From positions 53,731 to 117,730 of the forward strand of contig CAVXOL010000020.1 in the NCBI GenBank assembly GCA_963763325.1: a DNA stretch of 64,000 bases, in the 5' to 3' direction. The notes beneath the pieces were generated by a model. It did not search any database, was not told where the DNA came from, and saw only the letters and a program-made list of their open reading frames with translations. The position numbers and the translations under genes were made by a program. This DNA comes from an uncultured Chloroflexia bacterium (GTDB lineage Bacteria; Chloroflexota; Chloroflexia; Thermomicrobiales; CFX8). Below are positions 10,213-23,593 of this stretch, one piece after another (position 1 is the stretch's first letter; each line of letters opens with the position of its first letter).

Positions 10213-10704
10213 CTAGAGAATCCAGCCGCGCTGTCGCTCCCACTCGGCGAGCGCCCGTTCCTGGCTGGGGCTGCTGATGGCTCCGGGGGAAAGAGTGCGC
10301 AGTTCGGCGATCGCTTCCTCGAGGCTGGCTCCGTCACGAATCAGCCGGGCAGCCAGGACCGTGCCGGTCCGTCCCTGGCCGATGAGACAATGGACGGCGA
10401 CCGGGCGGTCCTGGCTGAGGTGGAAGTCGATAAATGCCAGCGCATCCTGGAGTTGATCGGGATCGGGCGGGGTCAGGTCTTCAACCGGCAGGTGCAGTGA
10501 CTCGATCCCGTGGCGATCGAGCGCATCATCCGGGAGCGGCTTCTCCGTCAACGACAGCAGCGCGCCGATCCCCTGCTCACGCAGGAAAGCGAGGTCGCGC
10601 TCCAGCAACTCAGCGTCGTCTCGCCGACCACCCGGGCGCCCGCAACCAGCCAGCTCACCCTCGACCAGCCAGTAAAAGCCCGTCATTCGCCCGTCGCCCG
10701 CCAT
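10213..10704 (-). CDS. Dual-specificity/protein-tyrosine phosphatase family protein
   Basis: VHCLIGQGRTG (CX5R) motif; LHLPVEDLTPP; start may instead be 10686. Confidence 0.9.
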   Translation of the reverse strand: MAGDGRMTGFYWLVEGELAGCGRPGGRRDDAELLERDLAFLREQGIGALLSLTEKPLPDDALDRHGIESLHLPVEDLTPPDPDQLQDALAFIDFHLSQDRPVAVHCLIGQGRTGTVLAARLIRDGASLEEAIAELRTLSPGAISSPSQERALAEWERQRGWIL

Positions 10705-10777
10705 GTGCTCCAACCGCAGCCACGCCCCGATCCTGCCCAGGAGCCTACGCCAGCCGGAACCGGGCGGCATCAGGCAA

Positions 10778-10802
10778 CCTGGCAGGTCAGGCACCTGCCA
10801 GG
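10778..10802 (-). terminator. Hairpin downstream of tyrS
   Basis: CCTGGCAGGT-CAGGC-ACCTGCCAGG 10-bp stem. Confidence 0.5.
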
Positions 10803-10843
10803 ATAGGCAGGCATCTCTTCGCGCCGTGGAGTGGACGCGCGCG

Positions 10844-12149
10844 TCACGCGCCGCCGAGCCGGACGTACTTCATACGCTTCTTCCCCGCTCGGAGCAGCAC
10901 GATCTCGTCGGACGGCTCGAACGAGGCGTCGGCGTCGGTGACGCGGGCGTCGTCGAGCGAGAGGCCACCCTGCTGGGCGAGGCGGCGGGCCTCGTTGCGG
11001 CTGGTCGCGAGGCCGGCCTGGACGAAGAGTTCGGCGATCGTAACCGGGCCATCCAGCGTCAGGTCGATCGTCGCGTCGCTGGCGAGGATCGTAGCGTCCG
11101 GCGCGGCGCCTCGATCGCGCGAGAACAGGGCGCGGGATGCGGCAGCGGCCTCGTCGGCAGCTTCGGGCCGTGCGTCAGTGCCGTCACCTCCCAGGCGAGG
11201 ACGGCCTTCGCCTCACGCAGTGCTGCGCCTTCGACCGAGGTGAGGTCGGCGATGCGGTCTTCCGGAAGGAACGTGTAGAGTCGCAGGAAGCGGGACACGT
11301 CGTCGTCGGTCGTGTTGACCCACCACTGGTAGAAGTCGAGCGGGGTCGTCCGCTCGCGGTCGAGCCAGACTGCGCCGGCCTCGCTCTTGCCCATCTTGCG
11401 ACCGTCGCTGGTCGAGATCAGTGGCGTGACGAGGCCATACGCCTTGCCGCCCTCAACCCGGCGGATCAGGTCGGTCCCGGCCATGATGTTGCCCCACTGG
11501 TCGGATCCTCCCGCCTGCATGATGCAGCCGTACTCTGGAACAGGTGCAGGAAATCGTAGGCCTGCAATACCCGGTAGTTGAACTCGATGAACGACAGACC
11601 CGTCGTCTCCAGCCGGACCTTGTAGGTCTCGGCCGCCAGCATCTCGTTGACCGAGAAATGCCGGCCGATGTCGCGCAGGAACGGGACCAGTTGCAGCTCC
11701 AGCAGCCAGTCGGCGTTGTTGATCAGCAGCGCGGCCTGGTTGTCGCCGAACTTGCCACCGTCGAAGTCAAGGTAGCGCGCGAATTGCGGCAGGATCGAGC
11801 GCAGATTCTCGTTGATCGTCTCGACCGTTAGCAGCTGGCGCATCTCGGTCTTGCCGGACGGATCGCCGATCATGACCGTCCCGCCGCCGCCGATCGCGAT
11901 TGGCCGGTGGCCAAGCCGCTGGAGGTTGGCCATCAGCATGATGCCGACCAGGTTGCCGATGTGGAGGCTGGTCGCCGTCGGGTCAAAGCCGATGTAGAAC
12001 GTCACCGGGCCGCTGGCGAACGCGTCGCGCAATCCCTGCTCGTCGGTGACATCATGGACGAAGCCGCGCGAGCGCAGATAGTCGAGCGCGTTCATCCCGG
12101 CCCTCAATGCCTGCTCCGGCCCGGTGATCGTCGCGGTCATCTCGCTCAT
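10844..12149 (-). CDS. tyrS: Tyrosyl-tRNA synthetase (several indels)
   Basis: YIGFDPTATSLHIGN (HIGH), GGSDQWGNI, KMGKS, S4-like tail ending RAGKKRMKYVRLGGA*. Confidence 0.97.
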
Positions 12150-12417
12150 GGTCTCTTCCTTACCCACGCGGACGCGATTCAACTCTCGAATTGTAGCGGT
12201 CAGTCCTCGTCAGATGATACTCCGTCGATGATTACTGCCGCCTGTGGAGATGATCGATGAGCTGATTCGTCCGATTGCGCGCTTCAGGCATACATCTGGC
12301 GCAGTGATCGGCACCATGGAACGAAGATCGGCCCTGTCCGTGAGTTCGTACCGCGACTCACAAACAACACCGATCTTCGTTTCGCACTCCTTCAGCTGCG
12401 AGACAGCCCGATCGACG

Positions 12418-13293
12418 CTAGCGAGCACCAGAGGCGATGACGAACGCGGCCGGTGGGCTGGTGTAGGTGCCGTCGTAATACTGGCGCAGTCCGGCCAGCA
12501 CCTCTCCGACGGCGATCTCGCGCTCCTCGGTACCGAGTCCGTCGATCAGCGGGCGGACAGGGACGGCGGTGTCGTAGAAATTCTGCCAGTTCTCCTCCGG
12601 CGGTCCGGCCCACGGCATCGGGACGAGCGCGAGTCTCCTCCTGGACATCGCGGAAGCCAGCGCGCTCCAACTCGGTACTGAGCGTGCCTGCCTGGGCGAA
12701 GCGGAACGGATGCGGCATGTCGGGCAGCGGCGTCGGCAGCTCGGCAGCGCGCGCGACGAACGGTCCGAGCAGATGCTGAAGGTACGCGCCCTGGTCAGGC
12801 GGCCCCCAGCAGACCAGCGCCACCCTCCCGCCTGGTCGCAGCACGCGGCGGATTTCGGCCAGCGCGCGCTGGAAATCGGTGAAGTACATCGCGCCCAGCT
12901 TGGATGTCACGCGGTCAAACGTCTGCGTCGTCGAAGGGCAGCGCCTGCGCATCAGCCTGGCGACATTCCACGTTCGTCATCCCACGCGCCCGCGCGTTCT
13001 CCTGACAGGCACGTACCATCGCGTCAACGAGGTCTGTTGCAGTGACACTGCCGGTTGGGCCGACGAGCTCGGCGAGCGTCAACGCCGGGTCACCGACGCC
13101 ACTCCCAAGGTCCAGCACCGCGTCGCCAGCGCTCACGCCAGCCGCCTGAGCGAGCAGTTCGGTTGCCGGACCGAACTGACCGATCTGCTTCGGCAGCCAG
13201 CGATGCCAGGCGGCGACCGTCTCGGTCGCGGTCCACTCCTCCAGCACGAGCTGCTGATAGGTCGTCGATCGTCGAGGTCGCTGAGAAGTCCAT
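12418..13293 (-). CDS. Class I SAM-dependent methyltransferase, UbiE-like (indels)
   Basis: VLDLGSGVG, DAQALPFDD, FDRVTSKLG, RVLRPGGR. Confidence 0.88.
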
Positions 13294-13482
13294 CCAGCGC
13301 TCCCTTCGTGGTATCTGACGGCGTGGACTCCCAGTCTGGGCGTCGAGGCGGTCAGGCACCAGACGTAACCCACATCCGCACCCACGTCTTCGGTCACATT
13401 TCGCGCAACTCCCGGCCTCGATCGCGGTACACTAGCGTCAACGCATAGTCTCATCAGCAGCGATGACGCGGGGTCCTGGTCA

Positions 13483-16135
13483 ATGACGGGTGGTCCGCCG
13501 ACAACGTTCGCCGACGCGCTCCGCCGGGCGCGACAGCGCCGCGGGCTCACGCAGGAGGAATTGGCCGAGCGCGCTGGCCTCAGTGTGCGCGGCATCAGCG
13601 ATCTGGAGCGCGGGGTCAACACGACGCCGCGTCGCGACACGGTCGCGCTGTTGCTGCAGGCGCTGGCGCTGGACGACGCCGAGCGCGCCGCCTTCGAGGC
13701 CGCCGCACGTCCCCGCCGCGCGTCGCCGGCCAGTGTGGCCATGAGCACGCCGCTGACCTCGCTGATCGGCCGCCAAACCGACCTCGCCGCACTGGCGGCG
13801 CTGCTTCAACGTCCGACCCTTCGGCAGAAAATACGATCCTGAACCGAGTCGAAGGATCAGAGCAGGCTCCTTCGGCAGGACCAGTGCTGGCTGTGCGGCT
13901 CGTGACGTTGACCGGACCCGGTGGGGTCGGCAAGACGCGTCTTGCGCTGCAGTTGGCGGAGGATCTCGTACGGCAGCCGACGCGACGGCGTCCGATTCGT
14001 CAGCCTGGCGAGTGTGACCGAAGCCGAGCATGTGGCGGCGGCGATCGCCAGTGCGCTGGGACTGACGCTCGCAGGGGATGCGACGCCGCGCGACCGGCTT
14101 CTGGAGCGCTGGCCGAGCGCGAGCTGCTGCTCATCCTCGACAACTTCGAGCACGTGCTGCCGGCTGCGCCGCTGTTGAGCGACCTGCTGACGGGCTGTCC
14201 GCAGTTGCAACTGCTCGTCACCAGCCGAGCACTGCTGCGCCTCTCGGGCGAGCATGTCGTCGATGTGGCACCGCTACCGACGCCCGATTCCGCGCACATC
14301 CCACCGCCTGAGCAACTCGGCCGCTATCCAGCGGTGCGACTGTTCGTCGAGCGGGCGCGGGCGCTGCAGCCGGCCTTCGAACTCACGGCGAGCAATGCGG
14401 AATCGGTCGGACGCATCTGCGCGCAGCTGGACGGCTTGCCTCTGGCGCTCGAGCTGGCGGCGGCGCGCATCCGGCTGCTGCCACCGGAGACAATGGCCGC
14501 GCGGTTGGAGCGCAGCCTGGCCGTACTGACCGTCAGGAGCCGCGTGACTTGCCGGCCCGCCAGCAGACGTTGCGCGACACGATCGCCTGGAGCTGTAACC
14601 TGCTGACCTCCGTCGAGCAGGCGGTGCTAAGGCGGCTCGGAGTCTTCGTCGGCGGCTGGACCCTGGAGGCAGCCGAGGAGGTCTGCGCCGGGCCGGACCT
14701 GCCGGGCGACGCGGTGCTACCGGCGCTGGCGACACTGCTCGACCACAGCCTGATCCGCGCGACCGCTGATGAGGGAGCGCCACGCTACAGCATGCTGGAG
14801 ACAGTCCGGGAGTACGTTCTGGATGATCTGGCACGGCACGGCAACGAGCACACCACGCGCCAACGTCATCGCGACTACTGCTTCGACCTCACGCTCCGGC
14901 TCGAGCGCGGGCTGTACAGTGGCGAACGGCTGTATTGGCACCGCCGGCTGGTCGCCGACCTGGACAACCTGCGCTCCGCACTGCGCTGGACGCTCGACCA
15001 GGGCGATGGCGAGCGGGCGTTGCGTTTCGCCGGCAGCCTCTGCTGGTCGTTCATGCACCTGGAAGCACACCAGGAAACTCGGCGCTGGGCGACCCTCGCG
15101 TTGGCACTGGCGGACGAAAGGACCGATCCGGCGGCGTTGGCGCTCGGTCACTTTACCCTTGGCTTCGCCCTCGGGCGCTTGGGCAACCTCGACGCCGCGC
15201 GCCGCACCCTCATCGACAGCCATGCACTGTTTGAGAAGGCCGGCGACCGGCGAGGAGCCGCGCTCGCACGCCAGTTCGTGGCCGTGTTCGCGCTGGGTCA
15301 GGGCAGCTACGACGCGGGACGCGCGGAGCTCCTGCAGTCGAACGCGGTGCTGCGGGAGGTCGGCGACGACTACTTCCTGGCCAACGGGCTGTTCCTGCTG
15401 GGAGAGGTCACCGCACCGAGCGATCCCGGATCGGCGCGCCTGCTCTACGAGGAGAGCCTGGCCATCTTCCGCGCGAGCGGCGACCCGTGGGGGATCGCCT
15501 GGCCGCTGGCCGGGCTCGGCGGTTTGGCGCTACGTGAAGGTGATTATCCGCGCGCCCACGCACTGTTCGAGGAGGCACTCGCGCTGCGACGATCGATAGA
15601 GGCGCGCTGGGGAGTCGCAATCGCGCTGACCAGCCTGGCCGAAGTCGAACGCCGCACCGGCGACTACGCGCGCGCCGCGGAGCGCCTGTTCGAAGCGCTG
15701 GAACTCTTCCGCGAATCAGGGGACTTGGAACGCGTCGCCTGGGTGCGACAGTGCCTTGGGTTCCTGGCGATCGACCAGGACGACGAAAGCGCCGCAGCGC
15801 ACCTGCGCGAGGCGTTCATCCTCCGCCGCAGGCAGGGCCACTTGCCGGGCCTGGCATTCGTCCTGGACGGCATGGCAACCCTCGCGGCGCGCGCCGGCGC
15901 GCCCGACGCCACTTGCGACGCTCGTGAGCTGTTCGCGATCGCCGACCGACTCCGAAGCGCCGCAGGCATGAGGGCAGCCAACGAGGAACCGACGGTTCGT
16001 GCCGCGCGCCGTGCCGTCGGGGTACCAGTGCAGGATCCCAACCAGCCCGACGTCGCCGTAGACCAGATCCTGATCGCTGCCGAGCACCTGCTCCTGGCGA
16101 CACTGGCACGGACATCTGACCAGCCTGCACGCTGA
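13483..16135 (+). CDS. XRE HTH-STAND ATPase-TPR regulator (indels)
   Basis: [56 protein letters not shown] array. Confidence 0.9.
13818..13892. repeat. Degenerate CCTTCG..GTCGAAGG REP-like element inserted in the coding sequence
   Basis: CCTTCGGC (13818), GTCGAAGGA (13848), TCCTTCGGC (13868); about 25 extra codons before RLVTLTGPGG that are absent from the two paralogous ATPases. Confidence 0.55.
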
Positions 16136-16189
16136 TCTAACGGGTAAACTGGCGTGTTGGGGTGGGCAGGATCGACGGGGAAACGAACA

Positions 16190-16585
16190 ATGAGTGACGA
16201 TGCTCGGCGCGGCTGGTCGACAATCCAGCTACCGATCGCGCTCGATGTGCTCGCGCCGGATGGCTCGGAGATCCGAGTCCTGGCCGGGACCGAGCAGAGC
16301 AGTATGGCCCACGGACTGCTACCTCCCGGCGGCGTCTCACGTGCCATCCGGCATCGAACTGTTGAAGAGGTCTGGTACGTCCTCTCCGGCGAGGCCGAGA
16401 TCTGGCGGAAACTGGGCGACGACGAGCAGATCGTGACGGCGACGATCGGTACGTCGCTGACGATCCCGGTTGGCACCCAGTTTCAGTTCCGGACAATCGG
16501 TGACGAACCATTCCAGTTCATCATGATCACGATGCCGCCGTGGCCGGGGGAGGCGGAAGCAGAGTTCGTCGATGGAGTATGGTGA
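16190..16585 (+). CDS. Cupin domain protein
   Basis: HRTVEEVWYVLSGE..SLTIPVGTQFQFR. Confidence 0.9.
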   Translation: MSDDARRGWSTIQLPIALDVLAPDGSEIRVLAGTEQSSMAHGLLPPGGVSRAIRHRTVEEVWYVLSGEAEIWRKLGDDEQIVTATIGTSLTIPVGTQFQFRTIGDEPFQFIMITMPPWPGEAEAEFVDGVW

Positions 16586-16778
16586 GCCACGCTACGGCTA
16601 CGACCGATCTGCAGCCTGGCAGCAGGTCAAGCCCATGACACGCGCGTGAGCGCATCCGACACCTACATCTCGGAATTACACCCGCTTGCATCATGCCGAG
16701 TTCCGTGTCCGGTCATATGATGCGACCACGTTGTGCTCGATCTGAGCCGATCCGGTGGAAATCGTGAGAGGTGGCCGC

Positions 16779-17815
16779 ATGCGCGTGGCTCCCAATGCGC
16801 AAAGTCAGACGAACCGGCCCACGACAGCACCCACGTCACCCGTTGACGAGATGGTCTGGGTTCCCGCTGGAGTGTTCCAGGCGGGGTCGAACGACTTCTA
16901 TCCCGAGGAGCGGCCAGTTCGTCACCTCACCGTCGACGGATTCTGGATCGACCGCCATCCGGTTACCAACGCGCAGTTCAGCCAGTTCGTTCGTGAGACC
17001 GGTTACGTCACCGTCGCGGAACGCGCACCCTCCACTGAAGATTACCCAGGCGCGATCCCCGAGTTGATGGTGCCCGGATCGCTGGTGTTCCAGCGAACCT
17101 CAGGGCCGGTGCGGCTCGATGACTGGTCGCAGTGGTGGCGCTGGACTCCCGGCGCGTGCTGGCGGCATCCCGAAGGACCCGGCAGCAGCATCACCAAGCG
17201 CAAACGGCACCCCGTCGTCCATGTGGCATATGAGGATGCGAGCGCCTACTGTGCGTGGCATGGACGGCAGCTGCCATCCGAAGCGGAGTGGGAATATGCC
17301 GCCCGCGGTGGACTCGATGGCGCCGTGTTCGTCTGGGGAGACGATGAACGACCCCAGGGTCGCGTGATGGCCAACCACTGGCAAGGTGAGTTCCCCTGGC
17401 AAAACGACCTCCTCGATCGATATGCGGGAACGTCACCGGTTGGATCGTTTCCACCCAACGGCTACGGCTTGTTCGATATGGCCGGCAACGTCTGGGAGTG
17501 GACCGACGATTGGTACGTTGCAAACCGGGAGTCGCTCGACGCGCCGAGCCCATGCTGTGCGCCAATCCTGCCCCCGCGGCACTCGCTCCTGAAGAGAGCC
17601 TTGACCCAGACCAGCCGGAGATTCGCATTCCTCGGAAGGTGCTCAAGGGTGGCTCGCATCTCTGCGCGCCGAACTACTGCTTCCGCTATCGCCCGGCTGC
17701 CCGCCAACCGCAGATGGTCGACACCGGCATGTGCCACCTCGGCTTCCGCTGTGTCGTTCGTCCATCCGCTGCCAGCGACCCGGCCCAATCAGAGACTTGC
17801 AGACCAGCGAGTTGA
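16779..17815 (+). CDS. Formylglycine-generating enzyme (SUMF1/FGE family; indel near 17580)
   Basis: LPSEAEWEYAARGG, GLFDMAGNVWEW, KGGSHLCAPNYCFRYRPAAR, HLGFRC. Confidence 0.95.
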
Positions 17816-17850
17816 GCCGGAAACATCAACACTCCGGCTCACCTCTCCTG

Positions 17851-19426
17851 TCAGGTTGGCAACGCGCGGTAGGACGTGTCGTGGAGCCAGTTGCCCGACA
17901 CGTCCCCGCGCTCCGTCAGCGACCGGACGGTGATTTGCGCGTCGAGCTTTTCCATGACCTGATCGATGGTGAAGCTCGCGGCCTTCTGTCTAGGCGGATA
18001 CTCGATGAACGTGGAGAGGAAGCGCCCGACGATCGTCTGCGTTGGGACGGCGAGGAACACGTGATCCATCAGCCAGTCGAAGTACGTGTTCGATGTGATG
18101 TCCGCTCGCTCAAACGGATCCGTGCGCAGGTTGAACAGCTTTGGGATGCGCAGGATGGTGAACGGCTCAGCCCAGACCTGGAGCCGTTCCGGCCGACGCT
18201 GCTCCATGAAGACCTGCTTCCAGTTGTCGTAGCGCACTGCCATGAGGTCGCCATCGTCGGAGAAGTAGAAGATCTCCTTTCGAGGACTCTCCTCCTCGAC
18301 TCCGGTGAGATATGGCAACAGGTTGTAGCCATCCAGATGTACCTTGTACGTCTTGTCGCCTGCCTGGTGGCCGGTGAGCAGCTTGTCTTTGATCCCGGAG
18401 TCGCCGGCGGCAGCCAAGCAAGGTTGGTAGCCAGTCGAGGTGACTGACGATCTCATTGGACACGACTCCGGCCGCGATCTTGCCCGGCCAGCGAATCATC
18501 TCTGGAATTCGGAATGCGCCCTCCCAGTTGGTGTTCTTCTCGCTGCGAAACGGAGTCATGCCTCCATCTGGCCAGGAGTTCATGTGTGGGCCGTTATCGG
18601 TCGAATACACGACGATCGTGTTGTCGGCGATCCCGAGCGCATCCAGCGTGTCCAGTAGCTGGCCGACGGTCTGGTCATGGTCGATCATGGTGTCGTGGTA
18701 TGGAGACTGCCAGCGGCCTGCCTGCCCCAGGCTTTCCTGCTTCGTATACGTACGAAAGTGCATGTGCGTCGTGTTGAACCAGACGAAGAACGGCGTTTCA
18801 GCCTGATGCTGGCGCTGGATGAAGTCCGTCGCCATCTCCAGCACTTCGTCGTCGATTGTCTCCATGCGCTTCCTCGTCAACGGGCCGGTGTCGGTGATGA
18901 GCTGGGTGCCGTCTGGCTCGGCCCATGAGTGAATCACGCCACGAGGTCCGAAGTTCTTGCGGAAGTCAGGGAAGTCCTGTTCGGTCGGGTAATCCGGGAG
19001 CTCCGGCTCCTCTTCAGCATTCAGGTGGTACAGGTTGCCGAAAAATTCATCGAACCCGTGATTCGTCGGTAGATGGTGGTCCTGATCGCCGAGGTGGTTC
19101 TTGCCAAACTGTCCGGTTGCGTAGCCCAGTGGCTTGAGCAGTTCAGCAATCGTCGGATCTTCCTCGCTCAGACCCGTTTTCGCCCCCGGAAAGCCGACCT
19201 TGCTCAGTCCGGTGCGGAACACACTCTGTCCGGTGATAAACGCCGATCGACCCGCTGTGCAGGATTGTTCGCCATAGGAATCGGTGAAGCGCATACCTTC
19301 GTTCGCGATCCGGTCGATATTGGGCGTGCGATAGCCCATCAGCCCATCGGAATAGCACGAAAGGTTCGAGATGCCGATGTCATCCCCCCAGATAACGAGG
19401 ATGTTCGGCGTGGGTGGCGTTGGCAT
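17851..19426 (-). CDS. Arylsulfatase, Cys-type with CxAxR motif (indel near 18420; true stop may be near 17915)
   Basis: PNILVIWGDDIG, SCTAGRSAFITG, GKNHLG, STDNG, LFNLRTDPFE. Confidence 0.95.
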
Positions 19427-19903
19427 GAGCTTCCTCCATTGAGCATCGCTGCGAGATGTGTCCGACGATCAGGTTTCGCGCGCACGTGCCCGGATTGCGT
19501 TCGTTTGGTCGTGCAGACCATCGAACGTCAAAATCCGGACCGCTCGGCGTTGAAACCCGCTAGGCTTCCTTTATCGATGAGTCCTGCGAAACCTGAATCG
19601 GTCCAGCGGTAGCAGATACGGGTCGCAGTTGCCGCAATGACAGTGATGGTACGACCGGCAACTACACCGTCGCGGTCGTGCCCTGTGCTGCCTGTCAGGT
19701 GCACGATACACGTCGTCAATCACAGACGAGTGGGGTACGCCTATGTGTCTGACGCCGTTTCGACGTCCTCCCCTCATCGAGGATGCTTGCGTGCATTCGC
19801 CAGTCATGGATCAGCGAAACAAGCCGTCGCTTCTGGAGCATTCGGTCGGCTGGGAAAGGTCAACGATGAACGCGGCTATCCGTGCCGAGATGGTGTGCTT
19901 CCC

Positions 19904-21700
19904 ATGTCATCCGTGACGAAAGAGTCCGACCGATCACCGTGGAAGTCTGTCACCTTCGCGTTGAACTCGATCCGTCGCTGGATGAAACGCGAGTACCGGG
20001 CCTCCCCTGCCGATCTGAAGAAGGATGCCGTCGCGGCGGTACCCGCGGCCATGTCGGGCATCGCAGACGGAATGGGCTCGGGAATCCTGGCCGGCGTCAA
20101 TCCGATGTTTGGGCTGTATGCCGCTGTCGCCGGTCAGACAGCAGGAGCACTCGCCTCGAGCTCGCGCTTCATGACCATCAACACGACCAGCGCAACTGCC
20201 CTGGTGGCAGGCGGTGCGATTGCCACGTTCGATGGTGACGCGCGCACCGAGGCCCTGCTGATATTGACGTTTGTGATGGGACTTTCCCAGATCGCCGCAG
20301 GGGTATTACGCCTCGGTAGTCTCACCCGCTTCGTCTCTGACGCCGTGATGACCGGGTTCCTGACTGGCGTCGCCGTTCTCATTATCCTCGGCCAACTCGG
20401 GAACTTCACCGGCTATCAAAGCGATGAGTCGAACAAGATCTCAAAGACAGTCGACCTGATCGGGCATCTTGGTGAGGTGGATCCACAGACATGTGTCTCT
20501 GGTGGCCTGGCCCTCGCCCTGGCTATTCTCCTTCCGCGTACGCGCCTTGGGAGCATTGGTATCGTCTTCGCGCTGGTCGTCCCGAGCCTGCTCGTCGGTA
20601 TTCTGGGCTGGGATGCTGTTGCGATCGTCAGCGATGAGAGCCAGATAACCGGCGGTTTGCCGGCGATCGCCCTCCCAAGCCTTTCAGCACTGAACATCAA
20701 CCTCGCCACCGTCGCACTCGCGGGCGCGATCGTCGCTCTCGTCCAGGGCGCCGGGGTTGCGCAGAAGTTCCCTAATCCAGACGGTCGTTTGTCCAGCGCG
20801 TCACAGGATTTCACTGCTCAGGGGATCGGGAACGTCGCGGCCAGTATGTTCAGCGGCATGCCGGTCGGCGGGTCGGTCAGCGCGACCGGAGTAAACGTCA
20901 GCGTGGGAGCTCGGACGCGCTGGGCGAATGTCTTCTGCGGCATCACCCTCCTCCTGATGATCCTCTTCGTGAGTGATCTCGTCTCACGGATCGCCATGGC
21001 CGCGCTGGCCGGACTGCTCATTTCCGTCGGGCTGAGCATTGTCAACCCCAGTGAGACGCTCACACTCTGGCGGGTGAGCTGGTCATCACGCATCGCAGTT
21101 CTAGTCACCTTCGTCGCGACTCTCGTGGCGCCAATCCAGATAGCCGTCGGAATCGGCGTCGCGCTGTCGGCGATCCTCCACCTTTACCAGTCCTCGAAGA
21201 AGGTTCGGATTATTGAACTCCGCCGCCTGCCAAATGGCCGCTATGAGGAATTGGAGCCGCCTCAAATCCTGCCAAGCAATGCCGTCACGCTCCTCGACGT
21301 CTATGGCAGCCTGTTCTATGCCGGCGCATACATGTTTGAGCGATCCCTGCCATCGCCGCAGGGTGCGGAGCGACCAATCGTTGTCCTGCGCATGCGCGGG
21401 CAACGTGACATCGGGATAACCTTCATCAACTGCCTGTCACGCTACGCGGAGCAGATCAGTACGACTGGCGGTCGGCTATACCTTTCTGGCGTTGGCAAGA
21501 CGCTGGAAACTCAAATTCGGCGTAGTGGAAAGATCAGTGTCTCAAGCCCCGTATCGGTGTATCCGGCCACGAGCATCATCGGCGAGTCGAGTGAGCAGGC
21601 GCTCCGTGATGCGGCTGCCTGGCTGGTCGAGTACGTGCCGCAACCCGAAGACGCTGAGTCCGGGGCCGACGAAACACATCAACCCAGCACCGTGTCATAG
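19904..21700 (+). CDS. SulP-family anion permease with STAS domain
   Basis: GLYAA, LRLGSLTRFVSDAVMTGF, QGIGN, GARTRWA, YGSLFYAG. Confidence 0.92.
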   Translation: MSSVTKESDRSPWKSVTFALNSIRRWMKREYRASPADLKKDAVAAVPAAMSGIADGMGSGILAGVNPMFGLYAAVAGQTAGALASSSRFMTINTTSATALVAGGAIATFDGDARTEALLILTFVMGLSQIAAGVLRLGSLTRFVSDAVMTGFLTGVAVLIILGQLGNFTGYQSDESNKISKTVDLIGHLGEVDPQTCVSGGLALALAILLPRTRLGSIGIVFALVVPSLLVGILGWDAVAIVSDESQITGGLPAIALPSLSALNINLATVALAGAIVALVQGAGVAQKFPNPDGRLSSASQDFTAQGIGNVAASMFSGMPVGGSVSATGVNVSVGARTRWANVFCGITLLLMILFVSDLVSRIAMAALAGLLISVGLSIVNPSETLTLWRVSWSSRIAVLVTFVATLVAPIQIAVGIGVALSAILHLYQSSKKVRIIELRRLPNGRYEELEPPQILPSNAVTLLDVYGSLFYAGAYMFERSLPSPQGAERPIVVLRMRGQRDIGITFINCLSRYAEQISTTGGRLYLSGVGKTLETQIRRSGKISVSSPVSVYPATSIIGESSEQALRDAAAWLVEYVPQPEDAESGADETHQPSTVS

Positions 21701-21903
21701 CCATTACGCATGACGAAGCCTGCGCCGCGGTATGATGCGATGGATGCCGCCGCCGTCAGCGGCGGTACGGCGCAGACCTACACCCTTGCGGTCGTTCCCC
21801 GGTGCTGCCGTTCAGGTACAGAGACCGGTCACCCAGCGACAAGCAGTGCAACCGCTCTCGTGGCTCCTTGCAGTTGATCTCCCGCCGGGCCAGGAGTTGC
21901 ATC

Positions 21904-23154
<1,251 letters not shown>

Positions 23155-23230
23155 AGAAGATCCTGCTAACTGACCGGAAGCACTTTTCCAAAGGCGACTA
23201 CCGTCGGCCTTCCCGGAATGACTCCCTGGC

Positions 23231-23593
23231 CTATGGCCTTCGGCCCTCCATCTCGACCACCAGTGACCGAGTCAGAAACGTTCGTATCAGCACGAGCAGA
23301 CCCAATACCGCGACGCTCTCTATCGTCAGATCGAGAATGACAGTCCGGATTACATCCGCTGCCACGAGGATCACCAGACCAAGCAACAGAGGCTCGCCGA
23401 TGTGCCGTCGGTAGAGTCGATACGTTCCAGTCGCCGGACGATCGCCGAGTCGTGCCAGGATGAACGAGACCGTCGCGTAGGCGATCGCGATCGTAATGAT
23501 CGTGACTGCCAGCACTTCGATCCCGATCGCGCCGTATTCGACCCATTCGAGCACACGATCGATGAAACGACTGTCGGTGCCATGTTCCATCAA
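23231..23593 (-). CDS. DUF1622 membrane protein
   Basis: LLLGLVILVAADVIRTV..LGLLVLIRTFL..EMEGR. Confidence 0.85.
   Translation of the reverse strand: MMEHGTDSRFIDRVLEWVEYGAIGIEVLAVTIITIAIAYATVSFILARLGDRPATGTYRLYRRHIGEPLLLGLVILVAADVIRTVILDLTIESVAVLGLLVLIRTFLTRSLVVEMEGRRP

Noticed and set aside
10844..12149. tyrS or the PDH-E1 gene as pseudogenes or programmed frameshifts
   Set aside because: Housekeeping genes with intact motifs and scattered indels, and no obvious slippery sites; sequencing error is simpler.
12150..12417. T-box riboswitch upstream of tyrS
   Set aside because: No GGTGGNACC antiterminator on the coding strand; the GTACCGCG lookalike is on the opposite strand.
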